A stretch of 64,000 nt of DNA from a virus. The notes beneath the pieces were generated by a model. It saw only the letters and a program-made list of their open reading frames with translations. It ran no database searches and was not told where the DNA came from. The stretch covers positions 15,603 to 79,602 of IMG/VR virus record IMGVR_UViG_3300023108_000014. One strand, written 5' to 3'. The number at the start of each line of letters is the position of its first letter. Within the stretch, counting starts at the first letter, position 1. The translations under genes and the position numbers were made by a program. Shown in pieces: positions 29,537 to 39,003 of the stretch.

Positions 29537-30760
29537 ATGCGTTTAGAAGAAGATTTAAAACTTGATTATAAAGATGTGCTCATTCGTCCAAAGCGTAGTA
29601 CCTTACATAGTCGTAAGCAAGTTAAACTTAATCGTAAGTTTCAGTTTAGAAATTACAAACCAGGTTATCCTGATCATGCAATCCATGAACATTATATTGG
29701 TATTCCTATTATGGCAAGCAACATGGACGGTGTTGGTACTATGCGTATGGCAGATAAACTTGCCGAAGGTGAGATGTTTACTTGTCTTGTAAAGACTTAC
29801 AGCGCAGAAGAACTTATTGTGTACTTTAACGGTGAAGACTTAGACGGGGACGGTTTAGAACGTACAGAAAATGTTGCTATGAGCATAGGCACAAGTGACA
29901 GTGATTACAACAAACTTATTCAAGTTAAGAAAGAATGTGATTATAGACTTAAATATGTATGTATGGATATTGCTAATGGTTATAGCGACCACTTTGCAGC
30001 ACATGTTCGCAAAGTAAGAGAAGAATTTCCAGATCTAGTAATTATTGCTGGCAATGTTGTTACAAGAGAAATGACAGAGGAGTTAATTTTAAGTGGAGCA
30101 GATATTGTTAAAGTGGGTATTGGTCCCGGGAGTGTTTGCACTACTCGCATACAAACTGGTGTTGGATATCCGCAGTTATCGGCAGTTATCGAATGTGCAG
30201 ATGCCGCCCATGGACTTGGGGGTCACATTATTGCTGACGGTGGGTGTACTTGCCCTGGAGATGTCGCTAAGGCCTTTGCTGCCGGTGCAGATTTTGTTAT
30301 GCTTGGTGGCATGCTTGCTGGGCACAATGAAGGCGGTGGCGAAATAATAACCAAAACATATCAAACTATGGAAGCAAAGATGCAACCCTTTCCGCAAGAC
30401 ATGCCGGAAGAAGAAAGACAAAAAGCACTCGAAGCAGTTGAAAAGGGAGAATTTGATCCTCCTATGCAGCCTGTTTTTGAAAAAAAGAAATTCGTACAAT
30501 TCTACGGTATGAGTAGTGAAAGTGCAAACGATAAGCATTTTGGTGGACTTAAAGATTATCGTTCATCAGAAGGACGCACAGTGTTGGTACCTTACAGAGG
30601 TCCTGTGGCTAGAACAGTGCAGGAAATTCTAGGAGGTGTGCGTAGTACATGTACCTATGCAGGTGCAATGAAACTCAAACAACTAAGTAAATGTGCAACA
30701 TTTATTCGTTGCACACAAACACACAATTCGGTGTATGAATCGAGTACAATAGGCAAATGA
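29537..30760 (+). CDS. guaC: GMP reductase
   Basis: [47 protein letters not shown]. Confidence 0.95.
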   Translation: MRLEEDLKLDYKDVLIRPKRSTLHSRKQVKLNRKFQFRNYKPGYPDHAIHEHYIGIPIMASNMDGVGTMRMADKLAEGEMFTCLVKTYSAEELIVYFNGEDLDGDGLERTENVAMSIGTSDSDYNKLIQVKKECDYRLKYVCMDIANGYSDHFAAHVRKVREEFPDLVIIAGNVVTREMTEELILSGADIVKVGIGPGSVCTTRIQTGVGYPQLSAVIECADAAHGLGGHIIADGGCTCPGDVAKAFAAGADFVMLGGMLAGHNEGGGEIITKTYQTMEAKMQPFPQDMPEEERQKALEAVEKGEFDPPMQPVFEKKKFVQFYGMSSESANDKHFGGLKDYRSSEGRTVLVPYRGPVARTVQEILGGVRSTCTYAGAMKLKQLSKCATFIRCTQTHNSVYESSTIGK

Positions 30761-31509
30761 TAAAAAAGTTAATAGAAGCAATGCATGTAAGTAGGAGGTG
30801 CCAGCGTAATTGGACATCTCAAAATATTGACGAAGAAACAATTAATGGATTAATAGAAATAGCAATAAATGCACCTTCTAAACAAAATGAAGTTCATTTT
30901 GCATTAGCAGTCGTAACTAATAAAGATATTTTAAAAGATATTTACGACGATTTTGTTTGGGGATTTCATGCATATGACTATAATAGTGCTATGCGTAATA
31001 CTCAAATGGGAGCACCGGCTCTTTTCATTTATGGATATACGACACAAACTGATATACACGGCGACTCCCATGGCAATGTTACGTCAAATGTAGTCAGTAT
31101 TGGTTTTGAAGACAGGATGGATCTAGCAGCAGAACGAAGTATTGGTATCAGTTCAGGACAATTGGTGCTTGCAGCCAACATGTTAGGATTGAAGACAGGT
31201 TTTTGCCAAAATCTTTACTATAATGATAAAGAAGAACAAGACTGGAAAGATGTCCTACAGTTATCTAAAGGCATAGACTTTTGTCCTTCACTGGCAGTTG
31301 GTATAGGATATCCAGATACTTCATTAGAATGGTATGAAACTACAGATTTAGAATATCTTGTTGCTACTAAAAAAGAAAAAAATCTAAGAGAAAATACAGT
31401 ATTAGATTATGCATCTACAGATAGAAGAATATTAAAAGACAGAAAAGTTTTTAAGTTTGGTCCTAAAAGCACAAAGGAAAAAAACGTTCCTTTACATTAT
31501 ATTAAATGA
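30757..31509 (+). CDS. Nitroreductase-fold protein
   Basis: RRCQRNW, APSKQN, NTQMGAP, GLKTGFC, VGIGYP. Confidence 0.7.
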   Translation: MIKKLIEAMHVSRRCQRNWTSQNIDEETINGLIEIAINAPSKQNEVHFALAVVTNKDILKDIYDDFVWGFHAYDYNSAMRNTQMGAPALFIYGYTTQTDIHGDSHGNVTSNVVSIGFEDRMDLAAERSIGISSGQLVLAANMLGLKTGFCQNLYYNDKEEQDWKDVLQLSKGIDFCPSLAVGIGYPDTSLEWYETTDLEYLVATKKEKNLRENTVLDYASTDRRILKDRKVFKFGPKSTKEKNVPLHYIK

Positions 31510-31554
31510 TAGATAGGACTTGACAAAAATTTATAAATAATGTATAAATAAAAT

Positions 31555-31607
31555 GTGCGCCGAAAAGGGCACATAACATATCTTGCTTAATAAGGAGAAA
31601 TGAAATG
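31555..31607 (+). promoter_or_regulatory. ROSE-like RNA thermometer in hsp20 5' UTR
   Basis: 5' hairpin GTGC...GCAC, then UCUU(G)CUU-AAU-AAGGAGA pairing the SD with a bulged G (UUGCU motif). Confidence 0.65.
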
Positions 31608-32051
31608 ACAAGATTAACAACACTAGACTTACCCCATCTACATCGTGCAACTATTGGATTTGATAGAATCTTTAATGAAATGACACGAGATTTTGCAAAC
31701 AGCAAATCAAACGGGTATCCACCTTACAACATTGCACAAATCAACGAAGACGAATATATGATTAGTATTGCAGTCGCAGGATTTGGTATGGACAACTTAG
31801 ACATTACAGTAGAAAAGAATGTAATGACTGTAGAAGGTACTGCTCCAAAAGGTGATGAGGAAGTAAACTATCTTCATAAAGGAATTGGCGGGCGTAACTT
31901 CCGCAGACAGTTTACACTTGCAGAGCATGTAGAAGTTGCTAATGCTACTTTAGAACTAGGAATGTTAAATATTCATCTAGTACGTGAAGTACCAGAAGCA
32001 CAAAAACCAAAGAAAATTAGTATCCGTGAAGTTGGAACTATTGAAGGCTAA
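31605..32051 (+). CDS. Small heat shock protein Hsp20 (IbpA-like)
   Basis: IGFDRIF, YPPYNI, IAVAGF, YLHKGI..RNFRRQF, GMLNIHL..VPE..KPKKI. Confidence 0.95.
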   Translation: MTRLTTLDLPHLHRATIGFDRIFNEMTRDFANSKSNGYPPYNIAQINEDEYMISIAVAGFGMDNLDITVEKNVMTVEGTAPKGDEEVNYLHKGIGGRNFRRQFTLAEHVEVANATLELGMLNIHLVREVPEAQKPKKISIREVGTIEG

Positions 32052-32056
32052 GGGTT

Positions 32057-32082
32057 TGGGGGGAGTAACATCCCCCCATTTT
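32057..32082 (+). terminator. Probable terminator hairpin
   Basis: TGGGGGGA-gtaaca-TCCCCCCA-TTTT. Confidence 0.65.
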
Positions 32083-32089
32083 AGGAGGT

Positions 32090-32407
32090 ATGATGACTAA
32101 TATTTTAGAAGATATCAAAATTGATGAAAAAATCAAAATCGAATATAAAGAACCTGGTCAATACAAAGTTGTATTTCTAAATGATGACCAGACTCCTATG
32201 GACTTTGTTGTAAGTTTGCTTGTTGAAGTTTTTAAACATTCAGAAGATCAAGCACACAATATTACACTGCAAATACATGAAGAAGGATCGGGCATTGTAG
32301 GAATTTATAGTTTTGAGATTGCAGAACAAAAAGCATTGGAAGCGACAGGTGTTTCTAGAGAAAATGGCTTTCCTTTAAGAGTAAGGGTAGAAGAACTAGA
32401 TTCATGA
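32090..32407 (+). CDS. clpS: ClpS N-degron adaptor
   Basis: YKVVFLNDDQTPMDFVV, IHEEG, EIAEQK, GFPL. Confidence 0.93.
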   Translation: MMTNILEDIKIDEKIKIEYKEPGQYKVVFLNDDQTPMDFVVSLLVEVFKHSEDQAHNITLQIHEEGSGIVGIYSFEIAEQKALEATGVSRENGFPLRVRVEELDS

Positions 32408-33348
32408 TTTTCTATATGGAAAATGAATTTAAAACTATTGTAAAATCCATCCGAAAGAACAACTTAAAAGAAATTACATTACTTTGGCCACAAGAATGGG
32501 AGCCGTGGGCTCCCAAAAAGTTTATAGAAACAATAAAACAATATGATGTAAAAATTAATTGGGTGCTAGGCTGTTTTGAATCTGAGACTGTTGCAAAACG
32601 AGTAAAAAAATTAGGATTAAAAGATAACGTAAATTTATTATATTGGCCTACATTTTGGTGCGCATCTCAATTCTTAGATGGCAGCACAAAACGTATTAAA
32701 ATGCCAAAAAAGTTTTCAAACAAAATTATTTGTTTAAATTGTCAACCCCATTTACATAGATGCATTTCGATTGAAGAAATAGTAAAGAATGGACTACATC
32801 AAATGCCTGGTGTATCATTGAGTTTTATCTTGCCTCAAAATGCTAACTATGACTGGAAATATCATACAGGTTTACCTATCAATAGAGATATGATGAGTCA
32901 TCATTTGGATCATTCAGTATTGCCTAAAGCCTATAAAAATTCTTTCTGGGACTTTGTGACCGAGAGCAGTCATTTTATACCTTTTGTAACAGAAAAATTC
33001 TATAGAGGTACATATCAATTTAAAATTCCTGTTACACTAGGCTGTGTAGGATATAATACAAATTACATAAAAAATTTAGGCTTTGAGTTATATGACGAAT
33101 ATATAGATTATAGTTTTGATACTATAGATGATTTAGAGACAAGATGTAAGATGTATGTAGAACAAATGTCTACAGTGGTAGATATGGAGCAAAATGTAAT
33201 TTACAATGAATCTAAAGAAAAAATAATTCACAATAGAGAAATTGTAAAATCATTAGTAGATAATTACACTTACATTCCAGAAGAAATACAACATATTGAC
33301 TGGGTCAAAAATACAATAACGAAAGCAAAGCACTTTGTCCAAACTTAA
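32404..33348 (+). CDS. Glycosyltransferase-like accessory protein
   Basis: CLNCQPHLHR, FVTES, FVTEKFY, LGFELYDEYIDYSFD; related to 7885. Confidence 0.55.
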   Translation: MIFYMENEFKTIVKSIRKNNLKEITLLWPQEWEPWAPKKFIETIKQYDVKINWVLGCFESETVAKRVKKLGLKDNVNLLYWPTFWCASQFLDGSTKRIKMPKKFSNKIICLNCQPHLHRCISIEEIVKNGLHQMPGVSLSFILPQNANYDWKYHTGLPINRDMMSHHLDHSVLPKAYKNSFWDFVTESSHFIPFVTEKFYRGTYQFKIPVTLGCVGYNTNYIKNLGFELYDEYIDYSFDTIDDLETRCKMYVEQMSTVVDMEQNVIYNESKEKIIHNREIVKSLVDNYTYIPEEIQHIDWVKNTITKAKHFVQT

Positions 33349-33871
33349 AGAACTTACTTGGGAAAATCACCAAAAAGCAGAACGCACAGAACATGCTCGT
33401 AAATTGCTAAAAGGCATGGAACCACACGAGTATCACAAGTACATTTACAATCAATTTTGTTTATACTCTGTTTTAGAAACAAAAGCAAAAGAACTTAATG
33501 TACTTGAAGGCATAGAAGGCATCGCACGAGCAGCAAACATTAGAGCAGACATGGAAGAACTAGAAGAAGAATATGATATCCAAAGAGATGCTAGTTTATT
33601 ATGTCCTGTAATTGCTGACTACACTCAATATGTTATGAGTATGACAGAACAAGATGAAATTCTAGCACATTTGTATGTAAGACATTTTGGAGATATGTAT
33701 GGCGGACAAATGATTAAAAAACGCAATCCTGGATCTGGATACATGTACCAGTTTGCAAATGTAGAAAAATTAAAAGAAACAGTAAGAGAACGTTTACACG
33801 ACGGAATGGCAGACGAAGCAAATAGATGCTTTGAATTTGCTATGCAACTATTTGAGGAGTTAGATCAATGA
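33335..33871 (+). CDS. hemO: Heme oxygenase
   Basis: LKELTWENHQKAE, AHLYVRHFGDMYGGQMI, EANRCF; TTG start. Confidence 0.9.
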   Translation: MSKLKELTWENHQKAERTEHARKLLKGMEPHEYHKYIYNQFCLYSVLETKAKELNVLEGIEGIARAANIRADMEELEEEYDIQRDASLLCPVIADYTQYVMSMTEQDEILAHLYVRHFGDMYGGQMIKKRNPGSGYMYQFANVEKLKETVRERLHDGMADEANRCFEFAMQLFEELDQ

Positions 33872-34554
33872 GCATGATTTGGGAAAAGTTAATTGACTGT
33901 CAAAATAGGATTATTGAAATATTTGACAGCAATGCAAAAGAAATACAAGAAGATGGATTAGAATATTTCAACAGAGATGGTTGGATTAATCGTGTATGGG
34001 CTAATGATGCTGTTCGTCGTGCGCACATTGATGTTGTAGATGCAAGAGAGTCAAAAGGACTTTGGATGATGCATGTATGTGTGTTTCCTGTGTTAAACAA
34101 TGATGGACCGATTTATGGCTTTGATGTCATTGCAGGTAAGACTAAAATGACAGGAGCGTTCCATGATTTTTCGCCAAGTAGTGATCCTAATCATCCTATG
34201 ATTGAAGGTTATTATATGAGTGTTGAAGATATTATACCTAGCAAACAAAGAGAACTACCAGAATGGGCTCAGGCTATTTTTACAGATAAAATGTTAGCAG
34301 CAGGTAACGTTAAGACAGAAGAAGAAGCAGATGCTATTATTAAAAAGGCATTGAGCAACCTTGAAGCATACATGATGGAAATTGGAGATTTTACAGGAAA
34401 CGGAAACAGAGATTTAGTACTAGCATCTCAAAATCATTACTGCGAAAATCAGCGTAAAAATCCACACACTCCTGCTGTAATGAAATCACTTGGCTTACCT
34501 GAAGAAGACGTTGACAAGTTTTGCAAAGACATGTTGTTTCCTGATGTGAGATAA
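33868..34554 (+). CDS. pcyX: Ferredoxin-dependent bilin reductase, PcyX type
   Basis: RRAHIDVVDAR..KGLWMMHVC.FP, PIYGFDVIAG, GAFHDFSP, RELPEWA..IF, NPHT; adjacent to hemO. Confidence 0.85.
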   Translation: MSMIWEKLIDCQNRIIEIFDSNAKEIQEDGLEYFNRDGWINRVWANDAVRRAHIDVVDARESKGLWMMHVCVFPVLNNDGPIYGFDVIAGKTKMTGAFHDFSPSSDPNHPMIEGYYMSVEDIIPSKQRELPEWAQAIFTDKMLAAGNVKTEEEADAIIKKALSNLEAYMMEIGDFTGNGNRDLVLASQNHYCENQRKNPHTPAVMKSLGLPEEDVDKFCKDMLFPDVR

Positions 34555-34576
34555 ATATTGTATCAGGAGTTTTATT

Positions 34577-35548
34577 ATGCGCTATAGAGAAATAAAAGAA
34601 GTCACAGACCAGCAGAAAAAAGATAGAGTTATAAGAGCATTATCAAAAAAACGTGCAGACGATCCTTTATTTGACAAAACTTACAAGTTGATTGTGGGAC
34701 CACAAATTGGCTCACGTATCGAAAACTATATTAAAGCACATGAAGATCCTGATATCGGTGCAGAAGAAATTGCATATCTTGTAAAAACTATTCCCGATCT
34801 AGGTACAACTAATGAAGTAAAAGATTTTGTTGAAAGATGGAACGATGGAGAAGAGTTTATTAATATTAATGCACTTATTCCAGCGACCGGTATGAAAGGA
34901 CCTGCACCTTTACTAGATGCAATTGCAGACGGAATTCCTGAAAAACTTTTCGTTAACCTTACAAGACAAAATTTCTCTAAGAGTGATGCAGGTCCAGCAG
35001 AAGCTGCTCTTGCTATAATGAGTCAAAACGTCCGCTATGTAGGCGAAAACGAAGGCGGCGATCTTATTATCGATAACAAGAAAATTGAAATTAAAGGCGG
35101 CGGCAAAAGTCTTACATCCGGAGGCGGACGTATCTATAATGATAGACATAAACTAGATATTACGCCTATGGCTCAAGCACTAGCAGGTACACCATACGAA
35201 GGTAAATCAGTTAGTGTAGTTGCAGCAAGCCAGCCCCTGCCTGAAGATTTCCCTACAGCAGAATTTGCACAAGCAGTAAACCAAGCATGGTTTAACGGCA
35301 AACGTAGTGAAATAGAAAGTACATTTGGAACTGATAAATTTAGAATGGCATGGAACCAAGCAATGTTTGATGATTATAAAGCAGCAGCAGGGCATGATGG
35401 CATTCTAATTATAGGTGTTTCGCAATATCAGTACATTATAAGTGGCGAACAGTTACATGATTTTGTCAAACAAACTTCAAAAGGTGTAGTTTACAATCCT
35501 AAGAGTAGACAGATGCGTGATTTAGGAATACAAGTCAGCACAGGCTAA
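34577..35548 (+). CDS. Hypothetical protein with PD-(D/E)xK-like motif
   Basis: GPAE...GGDLIIDNKKIEIKG; N-terminal MRYREI; late motif upstream. Confidence 0.55.
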   Translation: MRYREIKEVTDQQKKDRVIRALSKKRADDPLFDKTYKLIVGPQIGSRIENYIKAHEDPDIGAEEIAYLVKTIPDLGTTNEVKDFVERWNDGEEFININALIPATGMKGPAPLLDAIADGIPEKLFVNLTRQNFSKSDAGPAEAALAIMSQNVRYVGENEGGDLIIDNKKIEIKGGGKSLTSGGGRIYNDRHKLDITPMAQALAGTPYEGKSVSVVAASQPLPEDFPTAEFAQAVNQAWFNGKRSEIESTFGTDKFRMAWNQAMFDDYKAAAGHDGILIIGVSQYQYIISGEQLHDFVKQTSKGVVYNPKSRQMRDLGIQVSTG

Positions 35549-35559
35549 ATAGTAATGTT

Positions 35560-36036
35560 ATGCGTTACTTTCTACTAATAATAATATCTTTATTTTTTTT
35601 AACTAAGCCTGGTATTACAGGTGCAGATTTAGTACATAGTTTTAAATCACCAGCGTTCAGCGGACAAGGTTATAGTTCTCACATGTTGAGCCTTGAACAA
35701 CTTACTTTCAATAGAAAAAAAGACATAGAAGACGAAGCAAAACGAGAAGCGGAACGTATTGAGCGTGAACTTGAAAACACAGTCCTTAATAAGTTTATTC
35801 GTAACTTAGAATCACGTATATATGCCACACTTTCTAAACAACTTGTAGATAATATGTTTGCAGCATGTGGAGATGAAGATCAACCAGCGTGTGCTAATTC
35901 AGGTACCACAGAAGTAGAAGGTGCTGAAATTACGTGGACAAAGGACGAAACAACAGGAAGTATTACGCTTATTGTAGATGGCCCTGACGGTTATACAGAA
36001 ATCACAATACCGGGCCCGGGAGAATTCAATTTTTGA
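35560..36036 (+). CDS. csgF: Curli assembly component CsgF
   Basis: Signal peptide, then DLVHSFKSPAFSG, F.RNLESRIY..LS.QL, TEITIP. Confidence 0.85.
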   Translation: MRYFLLIIISLFFLTKPGITGADLVHSFKSPAFSGQGYSSHMLSLEQLTFNRKKDIEDEAKREAERIERELENTVLNKFIRNLESRIYATLSKQLVDNMFAACGDEDQPACANSGTTEVEGAEITWTKDETTGSITLIVDGPDGYTEITIPGPGEFNF

Positions 36037-36836
36037 AGTACTTAGTATTAATAGCAAGTTTGATCCTGACAGGGTGTGCTGCAAAAGGTAACCTGCCGAA
36101 AAGTTTACAACAAGGTCCTGTGGTCCAAGAAAATCCAATGGTGCAAGAACTTAATGACTTGCCACCTATAAATGGACCTAAAATGACAATCGGTGTTTAT
36201 GAATTTAACGATAAAACAGGACAGCGTAAACCAGCAGACAATGTAGCAAATTTAAGCAGTGCTGTCACTCAAGGTGCAGAAGCATGGGTAATAGATGCAC
36301 TTCTGCAAGCAGGCGATGGCAGTTGGTTTGAAGTTGTAGAGCGTGGCGGTATGGATCATGTTATTAAAGAACGTCAACTAATTCGCAATACTAGAGAGAA
36401 CTACGAAAAAGATAATCCTACTCCATTAGCAGCAATGAAATTTGCAGGTATATTATTGGAAGGTGGCATTATTGGATATGATAGTAATATAGAAACAGGT
36501 GGCAACGGTGCTATGTATTTAGGTGTAGGAACTGCAACTGAATACAGAGTTGATACTGTTACAGTTTCTATGCGTTTAGTAAGTGTTAGCACAGGCCGTG
36601 TTCTAGTAAGTGTCGCTGCACAAAAATCTATAGCAAGTTTTAGACAAGGTGGTAATGTTTTTAAATTTTTAGATCTAGGTACAGAAGCACTAGAAATTGA
36701 AACAGGTTATACTGTAAATGAAGCAACAAACTATGCAGTAAGAGCGGCTATAGAGGCAGCAGTAATAGAATTAGTTTATCAAGGTGAAGCATTACACCTG
36801 TGGAAGTTTAAGCCAAACAATACTTCTTCATCTTAG
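36033..36836 (+). CDS. csgG: Curli secretion pore lipoprotein CsgG
   Basis: Lipobox LTGC, VYEFNDKTGQRKP, SSAVTQGA, WFEVVER, ERQLIR, EGGIIGYDSN. Confidence 0.93.
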   Translation: MKYLVLIASLILTGCAAKGNLPKSLQQGPVVQENPMVQELNDLPPINGPKMTIGVYEFNDKTGQRKPADNVANLSSAVTQGAEAWVIDALLQAGDGSWFEVVERGGMDHVIKERQLIRNTRENYEKDNPTPLAAMKFAGILLEGGIIGYDSNIETGGNGAMYLGVGTATEYRVDTVTVSMRLVSVSTGRVLVSVAAQKSIASFRQGGNVFKFLDLGTEALEIETGYTVNEATNYAVRAAIEAAVIELVYQGEALHLWKFKPNNTSSS

Positions 36837-37080
36837 CCAAAAGTGTTTCTCTTTTAATTCCAAGTTTATCAGCAGTATGAGTTCTGTTATGATTACACTC
36901 TTTTAGTGCTGCGGCAATTTTATCTATTATAAAATCATCAACTTCTTCATGTAAGCATCTATCTTCAACATGTCTTTCTTCTGTGGGCCATATCTCGTCA
37001 AACGTGTCCCAGAACGCTTGTTGTTCTTCATGTATTTTTTGTCCATTTTCTAATGTTTTCATAATTGTATTTATATTCAT
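36808..37080 (-). CDS. Fis-family HTH_8 protein
   Basis: IAAALKECNHNRTHTADKLGIKRETLLAKMKKY. Confidence 0.8.
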   Translation of the reverse strand: MNINTIMKTLENGQKIHEEQQAFWDTFDEIWPTEERHVEDRCLHEEVDDFIIDKIAAALKECNHNRTHTADKLGIKRETLLAKMKKYCLA

Positions 37081-37184
37081 TATATGCTCGCTTTACTGTA
37101 AAAATATTTACACTAAATACCTTTGTATTTATAAAACAATTATCTGTTATAAATACGTATGGCGAAAGCCGGAGGTGAAAAAAT

Positions 37185-37919
37185 ATGAGGGCAATACTAT
37201 ACGGGGGAATCCTGTCATTGGTTCTCGCAAGTGCAGCATACGCAAACGAGATTTACATCACACAAATTGGTGACACACTAGATTTGGATATTACCCAAGA
37301 CGGATCAGGAAATGAGTTTGGTGATTCAACAACAGATGTAACTCTAGACGGCGATGATATGACGTTTAGTATTACGCAAACTGGTGATAGCAACGTGATT
37401 GATGCTGTGATCAAGGGCAACACTTATACAGGTACATGGCAGTTTACAGGCAACAGCAACACAGTGGATTTAAAGTGTGATGCTACTTCAGGTGTCAATT
37501 GTGAAAATGTAACACTGAATATTACAACAACAGGTGACAGTAATGAGTTTGTGCTGCAAATTGGCGAAACAGCAGATGCTGATGCCGCTCAAGTAGATTT
37601 CACAATTGATGGCGATGGAAACGTATTGATAACAGACGTAGATGGAACAAGTGCTGTGGTAAATGTTACAATTGATAACAGTGCTACACTAAGCACAGCA
37701 ACATCATCAGATTCTACAACGACATATACATCAGGACAAGGCGGTGTGCTAGTTGAGATAGATCAAGATGGTGATGGTACGACAGGACACAGCGTAACAT
37801 TAGACATCACCGGCGGCGGCAGCAACTACTATATTAAACAAAGTGGTGTAAACGACAACACTGTAGATGCTACATTCTCAGGTGATGGTCATGACGTTGA
37901 TATTACGCAGTCTGATTAG
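37185..37919 (+). CDS. Curlin-like repeat protein (CsgA/B-like) 1
   Basis: Signal peptide; repeats ITQDGSGN, ITQTGDSN, FTGNSN, TTGDSN, IKQSG..N; GGAGG RBS. Confidence 0.75.
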   Translation: MRAILYGGILSLVLASAAYANEIYITQIGDTLDLDITQDGSGNEFGDSTTDVTLDGDDMTFSITQTGDSNVIDAVIKGNTYTGTWQFTGNSNTVDLKCDATSGVNCENVTLNITTTGDSNEFVLQIGETADADAAQVDFTIDGDGNVLITDVDGTSAVVNVTIDNSATLSTATSSDSTTTYTSGQGGVLVEIDQDGDGTTGHSVTLDITGGGSNYYIKQSGVNDNTVDATFSGDGHDVDITQSD

Positions 37920-39003
37920 TGCTTTATTATTAAGCACACCTGTATACGCAAGCATTGGCGAAATAGCACAGCACAAAGGCAGCAGTGTTGTAGAACGTGA
38001 ATCAGAAAAATATGACGGTGAAGTAGGCTTAGACCTTGAGATGAACGATAAGATTATCACAGGCAAGGGTAGTATGCGTATGGACTTTGTTGATGACACT
38101 AGAGTAGATGTTACTGAACATAGCCGTATGACCATAGATGAATTTATCTACGATCCTAACACAAAAACTGGTGCGCTAAGTATGAAAGCAACACTAGGCG
38201 CAGTGCGTTATGCATCAGGACAAATAGCAAAGAATTCAAGACAAAGAGTCAACATAAGAACACCAAGTGCAACCATCGCTGTGCGAGGCACAGACTTTAT
38301 GATGATCATAGATGAAATAGGTGGTTCAATGATCACGCTATTACCAAGTTGTGATGTGTCTGGTGCTTGTGTCATTGGAGAAATATCAGTGGAATCTGAT
38401 GTTGGACAGGTTATTATGAACCAAGCATATCAAACCACTGTAGTGCCACATAGAGGTGCTATACCTGGTCCTACAGTGATACTAGATTTGCCAGAAAATA
38501 TGCTCACAGCAATGTTGATCATACGCAAGGTGGATCCATATGAAGAAGAAATCGTAAAACGCTATCCAGACACAAATTTGTTGGACATTGACTTCCTAAA
38601 ATTTGATGAACTGGATAAAGATCCACTTGTAGAAGGTATTAAAAACATTTGGGTCACAGACTTAGATAATACAACATATCTCAATCCGGTTTGGGTTGAT
38701 GAAATGGAAAAACAATTGGCAGCTATTTTAGCACAATGGATTGACGAATTAGGTGTACAAAACGTAGAATTTTTTGCTGAAAAGTTTTTTGGTTTAGATC
38801 CAGAAACAAATATATTTTATGATGAAGAATATCCTAACTTTGTAGTGCGTAGACAAGAAGGTGATCAGCACATTTTCCAACTTAGGCTTAGCCAGGGAAA
38901 TAGTTATACAATAGACATGGAACAAGGAGGATTTAGTGCGTACAATTACCGTGTTGGCGTTGGCGGTGCTAATAGCATCACTATCAAGCAAAGCAACTTC
39001 TAA
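37891..39003 (+). CDS. FecR-domain periplasmic protein
   Basis: Signal peptide; D.I.TG...MDFVDDTRVDVTEHS, IRTPSATIAVRGTDF; C-terminus ends in a curlin-like NSITIKQ. Confidence 0.8.
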   Translation: MTLILRSLISALLLSTPVYASIGEIAQHKGSSVVERESEKYDGEVGLDLEMNDKIITGKGSMRMDFVDDTRVDVTEHSRMTIDEFIYDPNTKTGALSMKATLGAVRYASGQIAKNSRQRVNIRTPSATIAVRGTDFMMIIDEIGGSMITLLPSCDVSGACVIGEISVESDVGQVIMNQAYQTTVVPHRGAIPGPTVILDLPENMLTAMLIIRKVDPYEEEIVKRYPDTNLLDIDFLKFDELDKDPLVEGIKNIWVTDLDNTTYLNPVWVDEMEKQLAAILAQWIDELGVQNVEFFAEKFFGLDPETNIFYDEEYPNFVVRRQEGDQHIFQLRLSQGNSYTIDMEQGGFSAYNYRVGVGGANSITIKQSNF

